Source of the DNA: an uncultured Bacilli bacterium
GTDB lineage: Bacteria; Bacillota_I; Bacilli_A; RF39; UBA660
Length of the DNA: 64,000 bases
Direction of reading: 5' to 3'
NCBI GenBank assembly: GCA_963931515.1
Contig: OZ007022.1
Coordinates: 1,408,327 to 1,472,326, forward strand
The position numbers were made by a program, and so were the translations under genes. Shown in pieces: positions 20,837-29,933 of this stretch. Within the stretch, counting starts at the first letter, position 1; each line of letters opens with the position of its first letter. The notes below the pieces were generated by a model. It ran no database searches, was not told where the DNA came from, and saw only the letters and a list, made by a program, of their open reading frames with translations.

Positions 20837-21279
20837 AGATAATATGTGTTGGAAAAGTTAAAGAGAAGTTCTTTGTGGATGCTATAAAAGAATATAGTAA
20901 GAGAATTTCTAAATATACAAAGTTGGAAATTATAGAAGTTGCTGATGAGGCTTTAGAAAGTGTGGCTATGAAAAAAGAAGGCGAGAGGATACTTTCTAAA
21001 ATTAAGGATAATGATTATGTTGTTACTTTGGAAATAGAAGGAAATAGTTTATCATCTGTAGAGTTTGCGAAAAAGATAGATAATAATTTTAATAGTAATA
21101 AGAATTTAACTTTTGTAATAGGTGGTTCTTATGGTTTGGATGATTCTGTCAAATCAAGAAGTGATTATAAATTATCCTTTTCTAAGTTTACTTTTCCTCA
21201 TCAGATGTTTAGAGTATTGTTATTAGAGCAAATTTATCGGGCATATAAAATAAATAATAATGAGAATTATCATAAATAA
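20833..21279 (+). CDS. rlmH: 23S rRNA (pseudouridine1915-N3)-methyltransferase
   Basis: SPOUT family protein of typical size (148 aa). Contains GGSYGL and the FPHQMFRVLLLEQIYRA tail. Confidence 0.9.
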   Translation: MKIICVGKVKEKFFVDAIKEYSKRISKYTKLEIIEVADEALESVAMKKEGERILSKIKDNDYVVTLEIEGNSLSSVEFAKKIDNNFNSNKNLTFVIGGSYGLDDSVKSRSDYKLSFSKFTFPHQMFRVLLLEQIYRAYKINNNENYHK

Positions 21280-21338
21280 TATTAATTGTATAAAAAAATA
21301 ATTAACCACCCATTATTAAATTGAAGGGTGGTTTTTAA

Positions 21339-21866
21339 ATGAAAAAGACTATTATATTATTGTTTATTATTGGTATTTTTTATATATTTGTAAGTGATGC
21401 TTTAGCTAAGAAATTAACAATTCCTGATGATGCAATTAGAATAAGGATTATTCCTAATAGTAATTCGGCTTTTGACCAAGATGTGAAAGCTAAAGTAAAA
21501 GATAAAATAGAAATTACGATGTATGATTTGCTTAAAGATGCGAAAAGTTCTAAAGAGGCGGAGAAAATTATTAAGAATAATTTAGAACTTGTGGATAAGG
21601 ATGTTAAGAAAATACTTAGTGAGGAAAATTATGATAAAGGTTATAAGATAAATTTTGGTCAGAATTATTTTCCTGAGAAAACGTATAAGGGTGTTAAATA
21701 CGAAGCAGGTTATTATGAATCTTTGCTTATTACTTTAGGTAAGGGAGAAGGGGATAATTGGTGGTGTGTGTTATTTCCACCTTTATGTTTAATTGAGGGG
21801 GAAGAAAATACGGAGGTTGAATATAAATCTATTGTTATGGAAATAATAGAAAAATATTTGTCCTAA
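21339..21866 (+). CDS. spoIIR: stage II sporulation protein R
   Basis: Signal peptide, then IRIRIIPNSNS ... GDNWWCVLFPPLC, which is characteristic of SpoIIR. Confidence 0.88.
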   Translation: MKKTIILLFIIGIFYIFVSDALAKKLTIPDDAIRIRIIPNSNSAFDQDVKAKVKDKIEITMYDLLKDAKSSKEAEKIIKNNLELVDKDVKKILSEENYDKGYKINFGQNYFPEKTYKGVKYEAGYYESLLITLGKGEGDNWWCVLFPPLCLIEGEENTEVEYKSIVMEIIEKYLS

Positions 21867-21899
21867 GATTATAACTAGTACCATAAGATTTTATAAGAG

Positions 21900-22436
21900 G
21901 TGAAGGATTCTGTGCTACTAGTTTTTTTGATGGCAATTAGTTTAAGTATGGACGCTTTTTCTTTGGCACTTGTATATGGAACACTTGGTATAAGTAAAAA
22001 ATATAAAATACTTTTATCTTTTATAGTTGGAGTTTATCATTTTATTATGCCTTTAATTGGTATGCTTTTTGGTGAGTTTATTTCGTCATCATTTCATTTT
22101 AATTATGATATTTTGGTAGCGATAATTTTATCATTTATAGGAATTGAAATGATAGTGAATTCATTTAAGCAAGATGAGGAAGTTTCTGAATTAAAATTAC
22201 CAGATTTGTTTTTATTTGGTTTGGCAGTGAGTATTGATAGTTTAACACTTGGCATAACTTTACCAAATTTTGATGTTAATAGAGTTTTTGCTCCGTTTAT
22301 GTTTGCGTTATTTAGTGGTTTGTTTACTTTTACTGGCTTATCTATAGGTAATAAAATCGAAAAATTATTAGGTAAAATAGCAACTATTGTTGGAGGAGTT
22401 ATTTTAACGTTAATTGGGCTTGTTTTTGCTTTATAG
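21900..22436 (+). CDS. mntP: manganese efflux pump MntP
   Basis: Contains the SMDAFS motif and about 6 TM helices in two internal repeats. The true start may be GTG 21912, after AAGAGG. Confidence 0.85.
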   Translation: MKDSVLLVFLMAISLSMDAFSLALVYGTLGISKKYKILLSFIVGVYHFIMPLIGMLFGEFISSSFHFNYDILVAIILSFIGIEMIVNSFKQDEEVSELKLPDLFLFGLAVSIDSLTLGITLPNFDVNRVFAPFMFALFSGLFTFTGLSIGNKIEKLLGKIATIVGGVILTLIGLVFAL

Positions 22437-22507
22437 TGCGTTAATAAAATGTGACTTACTTGTAAAATTGTGTGAATGTGTTAAAATAGATTGAAAGGTG
22501 ATTTTTT

Positions 22508-23758
22508 GTGGATAAAATTAAAGTTATAGGAAAACAAATTTTAAGTGGAAAAATATATATAAGTGGTTCTAAAAATAGTGTGGTTTCATTGCTTCCTGCC
22601 GCAATTTTGTCTGATGAATGTGTTATTGAAAAGGTTCCACATATTTCAGATGTTGATAATTTAGAGGAAATTTTAAGATTTCTAAATGTTAGATTTTCAT
22701 TAGAAAGTGGAACTATTCATATTGATAGTACACAAATGGTTAACAAACCTATTACGGAAGAATATTCAACGAAACTTAGAGCATCTTATTATTTTATGGG
22801 AGCTTTGCTTGGACGTTTTAAAAAAGTGGAGATTAGTTTACCTGGTGGGTGTAATATAGGAACACGTTCTTTTGATTTTCATTTGAATGGTTTTGAAAAA
22901 TTGGGTGCAAAGGTGACTGTTAAAGATAATTTATATATAATTGAAGCAGATAAATTGGAAGGCGCAGTTATTGATTTACCTTTTCCTAGTGTTGGGGCAA
23001 CGGTTAATATAATATTGGCGTCAGTTATGGCTAATGGCAAAACTATAATTAATAACGCGGCTAGTGAACCAGAGATTGGAAATTTAATTGAGTTTTTAAA
23101 TAGTATGGGAGCAAAAATAAAAGGAGTTAATACAAACAGATTAGAAATTATAGGCGTTTCTAAATTGAGTGGTGGTAAGGTTAAGGTTATTCCAGATAGG
23201 ATTGAGGCTGGGACTTATATTTTGGCTGGAATTATGAATGGTAATAATTTAGAAATTTGTGATGTGATGCCTGAACATTTAACTAGTTTTTTTGAAGTAT
23301 TAGATGAAATGGGGGCTAGTTATAAGATTGAAGGCGATAAAGTTATTACGAATAAGAGTTTACATTTAAAACCGGTGAAAATCGAGACTGCTGTTTATCC
23401 TGGGTTTGCAACTGATTTACAGCAACCAATTACTACTTTGCTTTTGCAAGCTGAAGGGGTAAGTATACTTAGGGAGACAATTTATGAAAATAGGTTTCAA
23501 AATACAAAATATTTGAATGAGATGGGTGCTAATATTGAAGTTTTAGGAGATACGATTAAAGTTTACGGACCTACTTCTTTAAAAGGTAAATTAGTTAAAA
23601 CTAGTGATTTAAGAGCTGGAGCAGCTTTGGTTTTAGCGGCTCTTTCAGCAGAGGGGGAAACGACAATTACTGATATTAAACATTTGCTTAGAGGTTATAG
23701 TGATTTGATAAAGAAATTAACTAATGTTGGAGCTAAAATATGGCTTATAGATGAATAA
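22508..23758 (+). CDS. murA: UDP-N-acetylglucosamine 1-carboxyvinyltransferase
   Basis: GTG start. Contains ISGSKNS, the active-site Cys in LPGGCNIGTR, and DLRAGAALVLAAL. Confidence 0.96.
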   Translation: MDKIKVIGKQILSGKIYISGSKNSVVSLLPAAILSDECVIEKVPHISDVDNLEEILRFLNVRFSLESGTIHIDSTQMVNKPITEEYSTKLRASYYFMGALLGRFKKVEISLPGGCNIGTRSFDFHLNGFEKLGAKVTVKDNLYIIEADKLEGAVIDLPFPSVGATVNIILASVMANGKTIINNAASEPEIGNLIEFLNSMGAKIKGVNTNRLEIIGVSKLSGGKVKVIPDRIEAGTYILAGIMNGNNLEICDVMPEHLTSFFEVLDEMGASYKIEGDKVITNKSLHLKPVKIETAVYPGFATDLQQPITTLLLQAEGVSILRETIYENRFQNTKYLNEMGANIEVLGDTIKVYGPTSLKGKLVKTSDLRAGAALVLAALSAEGETTITDIKHLLRGYSDLIKKLTNVGAKIWLIDE

Positions 23759-23782
23759 TTAAATTTTATAATTAATATATTT

Positions 23783-23807
23783 AAGTAGATTGATGTCTAC
23801 TTTTTTT
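23783..23807 (+). terminator. murA rho-independent terminator
   Basis: AAGTAGA (23783-23789) pairs with TCTACTT (23796-23802), followed by T-run 23801-23807. Confidence 0.75.
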
Positions 23808-23817
23808 GGGGGTTTTT

Positions 23818-24498
23818 ATGAAAAAAATATTAATTATTGGTTTGGTTTTGCTTTCTGTTTTTTTGATTTATTTGGCTAATATGGACAAAAAAGTTTATTA
23901 TGTAGCTTTAGGTGATTCTTTAGAGCGAGTGTATGTTAATAATGAGGAGGTTTATGGATATTCTCATTATATTAAGAAATATTTAAAAGATGAAGGTTTA
24001 CTTGAAAGATATTCTGATGATTTTGCTAAAGTTGATACGAGAATTACTGATGTTATTAATGATATTAATAGTAATAAAAAGATAAAAACTAATAAAGGTA
24101 GTTTTAGTTTAAAAAATGCTTTAATAAAAGCTGATTTAATTACACTAAATATTAGTTTTAAAGATGTATATAATAAACTTAATAAGAAAGATGTGGTATA
24201 TAATGATGTATATGATTATATTGATGATTTAACTTATGATTTAGAACGTTTATTTAAGTTGATGAGAGAATATTGTAAAGAAGATATAGTGATGGTTGGC
24301 CCTTATAATCCGTTTATTGATGAGTCAGATAAGTTAGATGTTTATGAATATTTTAATGAAAAATGCCAAGATGTGTGTTTAGATTATGATGCTATTTATG
24401 TTGATTTGAGTGATATTAATGAGATGAATGGTTATACTTATGAGGTTTTGTCTAATAGAGTAATTAATAAAATGAGTAAAAGTTTATTTGAAACTTGA
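23818..24498 (+). CDS. SGNH/GDSL-like hydrolase, membrane anchored
   Basis: ATG 23818 follows GGGGG. An N-terminal TM helix is followed by block I, VALGDS. Confidence 0.65.
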   Translation: MKKILIIGLVLLSVFLIYLANMDKKVYYVALGDSLERVYVNNEEVYGYSHYIKKYLKDEGLLERYSDDFAKVDTRITDVINDINSNKKIKTNKGSFSLKNALIKADLITLNISFKDVYNKLNKKDVVYNDVYDYIDDLTYDLERLFKLMREYCKEDIVMVGPYNPFIDESDKLDVYEYFNEKCQDVCLDYDAIYVDLSDINEMNGYTYEVLSNRVINKMSKSLFET

Positions 24499-24579
24499 TT
24501 TTTGTTTTGAAGTTTGCTAGAATATATTTGCATTAAATTTCTATGACTTGTTTTAGTCATGGCGGAAGGAGAAGATAGT

Positions 24580-24792
24580 ATGAAAAAAGGAATTCATCCA
24601 GAATACATGGATACTAAAGTAACATGTGCTTGTGGTAATACATTTACAGTAAGATCAAACAAACCAGAGTTAGAGGTTGAAGTTTGTGATAAATGTCATC
24701 CATTTTTTACTGGAAAACAAGGAACAGTTAAAAAAGCTGGTCAAGTTGAAAAATTCAATAAAAAATATGGATTTACTACAGAAACTAAGTAA
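24580..24792 (+). CDS. rpmE: 50S ribosomal protein L31 (zinc type A)
   Basis: ATG 24580 follows GGAAGGAG. Sequence MKKGIHPEY with CACG ... CDKCHPF. Confidence 0.95.
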   Translation: MKKGIHPEYMDTKVTCACGNTFTVRSNKPELEVEVCDKCHPFFTGKQGTVKKAGQVEKFNKKYGFTTETK

Positions 24793-24860
24793 TTGGTTTC
24801 TTTTTTTGTATAAAGTGTCAAGCGAAAAAATAGCGAGTGATTTATCGAAAATATTACTTG

Positions 24861-24877
24861 TTTTTTTTTTTTTTTTT
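24861..24877. repeat. T17 homopolymer tract
   Basis: 17 consecutive T residues. The tract ends 38 nt upstream of ATG 24916 of paralog B, and no hairpin precedes it. Confidence 0.95.
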
Positions 24878-24915
24878 GTGATATCTTGGATATGAATAGA
24901 ATAGGAGAGGTATAC

Positions 24916-25854
24916 ATGAAAGAAAAAATAAAGAAAATAGTGTTAGGATATTTGCCAGGTTTTATAACAGGAATAATAGTATTTGGAGGAGTAAGTGTAA
25001 TAGCGGCGACGTATTTTCCGTCTAATCAAGTGACGTATGAAAATGGGACAAGTGGAATGCAGGCGACTGATGTTCAAGGAGCGATAGATGAACTTTATAA
25101 TGTTTGTTTTCCACCAAAAACAGGTGGAGATGCAATTTTAGATAATACTGATATAGTAACATCAGGTGATGGCCTTTACGCCGATGAATATGAAGAAGGA
25201 AAATATACATATAAAGGAGCCAATCCCAATAATTATGTAACCTTTAATAATGAGGAAGCAGGCTGGAGAATCATATCCATAAATTCAGATGGAACAATAA
25301 AGATAATGAGGGATGCAAGTATAGGAAATATTGCATGGGACACATCAATTTCAAATAATTGGAACCGTCCTGCAACTTTAAATACTTATTTGAATGGTAA
25401 TTATTATAATAGTTTAAGTAGTACTGCTCAAAGTCAAATAGTAGAGGGAACATATTATGCGGGTGGAGTAAATTATTATAATAATGATATACAAGATCAA
25501 ATAAGTGATGAAAAAGTAAGGACATCAAAAGTAAAAGTAGCCTTACCAACATTAAGTGAATATATAAGAGCCAATTCAAATAAAGAACAGTGTGGAACAT
25601 TTAGTTTAAATAATAATAATTATAGTACATGTAAAAATTCAGATTGGATGTATTATTCTAGCGATTATTGGTGGACCTTGTCGCCTCGTTCTGACGGCTC
25701 TAGCTCCTTGTTCTACGTGAGCAGCGATGGCTACGTCAACAGCAGCCATGCGGCCGATTCAGGCGATGCAGTCAGGCCCGCTATAACTCTTTCTTCTGAA
25801 GTCCAAATCACGGGAGGTATAGGAACAGCGTCAGATCCATATATTTTGAGTTAA
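24916..25854 (+). CDS. membrane-anchored surface protein, DUF6273/DUF1566-like lectin-type C-terminus (paralog B)
   Basis: ATG 24916 follows GGAGAGG. It has the same architecture as 14767-15696: a TM anchor, YENGTSG..VQGAIDELY, WRII, YWWTLSP...AVRP and ITGGIGT. Confidence 0.8.
   Translation: MKEKIKKIVLGYLPGFITGIIVFGGVSVIAATYFPSNQVTYENGTSGMQATDVQGAIDELYNVCFPPKTGGDAILDNTDIVTSGDGLYADEYEEGKYTYKGANPNNYVTFNNEEAGWRIISINSDGTIKIMRDASIGNIAWDTSISNNWNRPATLNTYLNGNYYNSLSSTAQSQIVEGTYYAGGVNYYNNDIQDQISDEKVRTSKVKVALPTLSEYIRANSNKEQCGTFSLNNNNYSTCKNSDWMYYSSDYWWTLSPRSDGSSSLFYVSSDGYVNSSHAADSGDAVRPAITLSSEVQITGGIGTASDPYILS
25673..25783 (+). other. GC-rich, A-poor, NNC-codon patch (candidate hypervariable region) in paralog B
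   Basis: Manual count over 108 nt gives about 60% GC and 18 A. 19 of 36 codons end in C. It is in the same structural position and has the same length as the patch in paralog A. Confidence 0.6.
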
Positions 25855-25882
25855 GTATAAAACAGTCGGTAGAACAATTTCG

Positions 25883-25924
25883 CAAACTCCTATAGGAGTT
25901 TGGTAGCGGGGCGAATGCCTCGCC
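25883..25924 (+). other. GC-rich double hairpin downstream of paralog B
   Basis: CAAACTCC-TATA-GGAGTTTG spans 25883-25902 (8-bp stem, 4-nt loop). GGCGA-ATGCC-TCGCC spans 25910-24. No T-run follows either hairpin. Confidence 0.5.
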
Positions 25925-26073
25925 ATGGCTGAAAAATAATTTTTGGAATATTGTAAATGTAAAAATAAACAAAAGAATATTTGTACGACTTTAAAATGGA
26001 TGTTTTATAGTTATGACATGCATTTGTTAAATGTTTTGTAAAGAAAAACCTTATTTCTTCTTGAAATAGGGTT

Positions 26074-27045
26074 TTATGGTTTTTGAATCAAAAAATTGAT
26101 TAATTCTTTAGGGTTTTTATTTTGGTAGATAATTTGTTCCATTAAATTGATAATTGGCATATCGACATCTTTATTGCTTACTAGTTCACAGATTGATTTT
26201 AAGGTGTATAGTCCTTCAATGGTTGTATTTTTTATATAGTTATCTATCTCTTTTTTAGATGCACCTTTTCCAATTAGATATCCAAAAGAGTAATTTCTAC
26301 TTTTAGGAGAAGTAGCAGTTAAAAGTAGGTCTCCAAAGCCTGCATAAGAAAGTACTGTGGAACCATCACCGCCTAAACCTTTGATTAGGGCTTTGATATC
26401 ATGTAATGATTCAGTTATAAGCATAGCAGAAGTTGATTCTGGCATGTTTAGACCTTTTAAAATTCCTGAGGCAATGGCAATTATATTTTTGATAGAGCCA
26501 CATAATTCTGTTCCAATGATATCATAACTTTTTCTTAGTTTAAAATGATTATTTGTTAGAACGTTAGTGGTTAATTCAATAGTTTCTTTGTTTTGACAAG
26601 CTAAGGTTAGACCAACTGGGCAATCATTTGCAATATCAATGGCAAATGAAGGGCCTGAAATAACAGCTATTTTTTCAGTATTTAAAATATTTTTAACAAC
26701 ATCATAGACAAATAAATTTGTGTTTTGTTCAATACCTTTAGTTGCAATGCATATTGGAGTATCTTGATAATATTTTTTTACTTTTTTAATAGTGTTTGAT
26801 AAGAAAGCCGTTGGTATGGCAATAATTATTAATTTGGTTTTATCTAAGGCTTTATCTAAGTTAGTGGTTATATTTATATTATTACTTAGTTTTATGTTTG
26901 GAAGTTTAGGAGTTGTTCTTGTTTCTATTATGTTTTTTTCTTCCTCTTCAAATGGAGTCCATAAAGTAACTTTATTATTATTTTCATTAAGTATTTTAGC
27001 TAAGGCACATCCATAAGCGCCAGCGCCTAAAACAGTAATCTTCAT
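26074..27045 (-). CDS. gpsA: NAD(P)H-dependent glycerol-3-phosphate dehydrogenase
   Basis: N-terminal KITVLGAGAYG Rossmann motif. The length and the C-terminal GpsA-like domain fit the family. Confidence 0.92.
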   Translation of the reverse strand: MKITVLGAGAYGCALAKILNENNNKVTLWTPFEEEEKNIIETRTTPKLPNIKLSNNINITTNLDKALDKTKLIIIAIPTAFLSNTIKKVKKYYQDTPICIATKGIEQNTNLFVYDVVKNILNTEKIAVISGPSFAIDIANDCPVGLTLACQNKETIELTTNVLTNNHFKLRKSYDIIGTELCGSIKNIIAIASGILKGLNMPESTSAMLITESLHDIKALIKGLGGDGSTVLSYAGFGDLLLTATSPKSRNYSFGYLIGKGASKKEIDNYIKNTTIEGLYTLKSICELVSNKDVDMPIINLMEQIIYQNKNPKELINFLIQKP

Positions 27046-27150
27046 TTATTTTCCTCTTTTCTACATTGTTTTCATTTTATCATAAGTAAAATATATTTTC
27101 AAACAAGGTTTGTTCGTGGTATAATTATTATAATATTGGAGGTGGATACC

Positions 27151-27447
27151 ATGAAGGAAACTTTAGAGAATGTTATGCTTATGGGATTAGGTGCGATGGT
27201 TATGACTAGTGAGAAAGCTAATGAGTTAAAAGAAGAACTTTTAAAAAAGGGTGAAGAAGCTTATGCACATGGTCAAGCTTTGAATGAGGAGTTAAAACAT
27301 AATATTGCAGATAAGATTAAAGAAAATGTGACGGTGACTGTGGAACCGGCTGACTTAACAAAAGAGGAACTTGCTTCTAAAATTAATGAACTTAGTGAAG
27401 AAGATAAAAAAGAAATTTTGAATTTACTTAAGAAAGATAAAAAATAA
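27151..27447 (+). CDS. phasin-like coiled-coil protein (COG3937-type)
   Basis: ATG 27151 follows GGAGGTGG. Contains LMGLGAMVMTSEKANEL and is coupled to the downstream ABC1 kinase gene. Confidence 0.6.
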   Translation: MKETLENVMLMGLGAMVMTSEKANELKEELLKKGEEAYAHGQALNEELKHNIADKIKENVTVTVEPADLTKEELASKINELSEEDKKEILNLLKKDKK

Positions 27448-29012
27448 TGTTAAGTAGTAAAGATAGATTAGTAGAGATTGTTCGTATTATTAAGAAATAT
27501 GATTTATTAAAGAAGATAAATCCACAAAATTTACGTTTGGCAATTGAGGAAGCTGGTCCAACATTTATTAAACTTGGGCAAATTTTGGCATCACGTGATG
27601 ATGTTATTCCTAAAGAATATTGTGATGAACTTTCACATTTACGAAATCAAGTAAAGCCGATGAGTTATGATAAAGTTTTGGAAATTTTAGATAGAGAATA
27701 TGATGGTAAAACGGAAGATATTTTTTCTAAAATTGATAAAGTTCCAATCGGTTCGGCTTCAATTGCAGAAGTACATCGGGCTGTTTTAAATGAAGGGGCA
27801 GAAGTTGTTATTAAGGTTCAAAGAGATAATATTTATGAACTTATGGCAATGGATGTGAAATTACTTAAGAATATAGTCGATATATTTAAAATTGATAAGA
27901 TTTTTGATTCAGTTTTTAATTTTAAAGATATTATTGATGAGATGTTTGAAACAGCTAAGGAAGAAATGAATTTCTTGATTGAAGCTTCACATACTGAGGA
28001 ATTTTATGAAAAGAATAAAGATGTTTTATATATTCGTTCACCAAAGGTTTATAACGAGTTTACGACTAGTAAAGTTTTGGTTATGGAATATATGGATGGA
28101 ATTAGAATAAATGATTTTGAGGCATTAGAAAAAGCTGGATATGACCGTGATGAGATTGGACAGAAATTAGCTGTTAATTATATTAAACAGGCACTTGAAG
28201 ATGGTTATTTTCATGCGGATCCACATACCGAAAATTTGAAAATTAAAGATGGTAAAATTGTTTATTTGGATTTTGGAATGATGGGTAGGCTTTCTTCACG
28301 TGATAGAGATCTTTTAAATCAATGTATCTTAGCTATTTTAAAAGATGATGTGACAGAAATTTCTCATATATTACTTGCTTTTGGTAAAACTAGGGGAACT
28401 ATAGATCATATGACTTTAAAGAATGATATTAAAAGAGTTTTAGATAAAAATAAGACTCAGGAGATGTCAAATATTGATGTTAAAGATTTTATGAATGATT
28501 TTTTAATGATGCTTTCTAATAATCATATTAGTTTACCTAGGGATGTTACAATGCTTATGCGTGGTATGATTGTACTTGAGGGTGTGCTTAGAAGTATTAG
28601 TCCAAATATTAATTTGATGCAGATATTTAGCAGTTATATTAAACCGAGTACAGCTATAAATAAGGAAAAGGTTAGTAAGTTATTACAAAAAGGTGTTGAA
28701 AGTAGTACTGATTTAGTTTATTTACCAAATGAGGTCCTTTCTTTTTTGAAGGGTGTTAATAGTGGAGAACTTAGATTTAATATAGAAATTAATGATTCTA
28801 AGCATCAGATGCGTAATTTAGAACAGCTTGTACATTTATGCTTGATTACAATTTTAGATGTGGCTTATATTTTAGGAACAAGTTTAATTGTTATGCAAAG
28901 TGATGATAAGTTGCCATTTATTTTTTATGTATATTTAATACTTGGCGGTATTTGTACAGTATGGATATTTTATAAAATGTTTACTAGTAAAATAAGAAAT
29001 AGGAGACGATGA
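27447..29012 (+). CDS. ABC1/UbiB family atypical kinase
   Basis: Contains FIKLGQILASRDDVIP, ASIAEVHRA, HADPHTENL and DFGMMG. C-terminal TM helices are present. Confidence 0.88.
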   Translation: MLSSKDRLVEIVRIIKKYDLLKKINPQNLRLAIEEAGPTFIKLGQILASRDDVIPKEYCDELSHLRNQVKPMSYDKVLEILDREYDGKTEDIFSKIDKVPIGSASIAEVHRAVLNEGAEVVIKVQRDNIYELMAMDVKLLKNIVDIFKIDKIFDSVFNFKDIIDEMFETAKEEMNFLIEASHTEEFYEKNKDVLYIRSPKVYNEFTTSKVLVMEYMDGIRINDFEALEKAGYDRDEIGQKLAVNYIKQALEDGYFHADPHTENLKIKDGKIVYLDFGMMGRLSSRDRDLLNQCILAILKDDVTEISHILLAFGKTRGTIDHMTLKNDIKRVLDKNKTQEMSNIDVKDFMNDFLMMLSNNHISLPRDVTMLMRGMIVLEGVLRSISPNINLMQIFSSYIKPSTAINKEKVSKLLQKGVESSTDLVYLPNEVLSFLKGVNSGELRFNIEINDSKHQMRNLEQLVHLCLITILDVAYILGTSLIVMQSDDKLPFIFYVYLILGGICTVWIFYKMFTSKIRNRRR

Positions 29013-29013
29013 T

Positions 29014-29826
29014 ATGAATAATATGAGTGAATATGAACCAAATCCAAAATTACAAAATTTAGTTAAACAACCACCAAAGGATAATAAGAAACTTATTATG
29101 ATTTTAGCTGGTGTAATTGCATTTTTAGTTTTAATTATTATAATTTTGGCTATGAGTGGTACAAGGGTTGTGGAAAAGGAAGTTGAGAAAAAACAGAGCT
29201 TGGATGAGATTACTTTGGAACTTGAGAATTTTATGGATGAAAATAAGTTAGATGCTTTAGATGCTTATGGTATGGATGGTATTGTAAGGGTTGCTATAAA
29301 TAAAATTTGTACAGGTGTTGACAATTGTACACAAATTGAAGGTGATGAAGTTACAAAATATATTAAGAATGTGTTTAATAAAGAGGTAACTTATTCAAAT
29401 ATTAATTGTGCGGTTAATGATGGAGTGCTTTATACGTATGATAGTGAAAATAATAGGTTTGTTTGGGATAGTAAGCATGCTAATCATGGAAGTTTACCGA
29501 CAGAGCCCCTTTATACTAAAGTAAATAGTATTAGAAGAGATGATGATAAGATAATTTTGGTTCTTAATAAATTATATTACGATCCGGTAAAAAGTGATTA
29601 TATAACTACAGATCCTGCTGGTATAAATCAGATTTATAATGCTAATGATTATATGCATACTACTGATAATGGTGAAGATATTGATTTAACTAAATTATCA
29701 GCGGCTTATGAAAATAATTTTGATAAATTAAAAAATACAGGAACTAGATATAGATATACTTTTGTTAAAGATGGTGTTAGATATATTTTAGAAAAATACG
29801 AAGTTCTTGGTGGAGAGGAAGAATAA
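29014..29826 (+). CDS. membrane-anchored hypothetical protein
   Basis: Single TM helix (LIMILAGVIAFLVLIIIILAM) followed by an extracellular domain. No family recognised. Confidence 0.6.
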   Translation: MNNMSEYEPNPKLQNLVKQPPKDNKKLIMILAGVIAFLVLIIIILAMSGTRVVEKEVEKKQSLDEITLELENFMDENKLDALDAYGMDGIVRVAINKICTGVDNCTQIEGDEVTKYIKNVFNKEVTYSNINCAVNDGVLYTYDSENNRFVWDSKHANHGSLPTEPLYTKVNSIRRDDDKIILVLNKLYYDPVKSDYITTDPAGINQIYNANDYMHTTDNGEDIDLTKLSAAYENNFDKLKNTGTRYRYTFVKDGVRYILEKYEVLGGEEE

Positions 29827-29933
29827 ACTTTGAGGGTTTATTCTTTTGTGTTTATATATAATTATTTTTGTGTAGATTAGTTTTAAAATTTTATTTATTA
29901 TGATAGAATGTAATAAAGATTTTGGGTGAGAGA

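Noticed and set aside
21867-21911. Manganese (yybP-ykoY) riboswitch upstream of mntP
   Set aside because: Only about 35-45 nt separate spoIIR from mntP. That is far too short for the riboswitch of about 100 nt, and no conserved motif is visible.
24861-24877. The T17 tract as the U-run of the rpmE terminator
   Set aside because: No stable hairpin immediately precedes it. A separate weak hairpin plus T7 directly after the rpmE stop (about 24779-24806) is the better terminator candidate.
24677-24895. 72-aa ORF running from inside rpmE across the T17 tract
   Set aside because: It is out of frame within rpmE. Its C-terminus is just poly-Phe from translating the homopolymer. It is not a plausible gene.
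25866-25930. tRNA-like fragment (CAGTCGGTAGAACA resembles a D-arm; GCGAATGCC resembles a T-loop)
   Set aside because: There is no acceptor stem. The middle hairpin has a 4-nt loop rather than a 7-nt anticodon loop, and there is no GTTCRANYC T-loop. It cannot fold as a cloverleaf.
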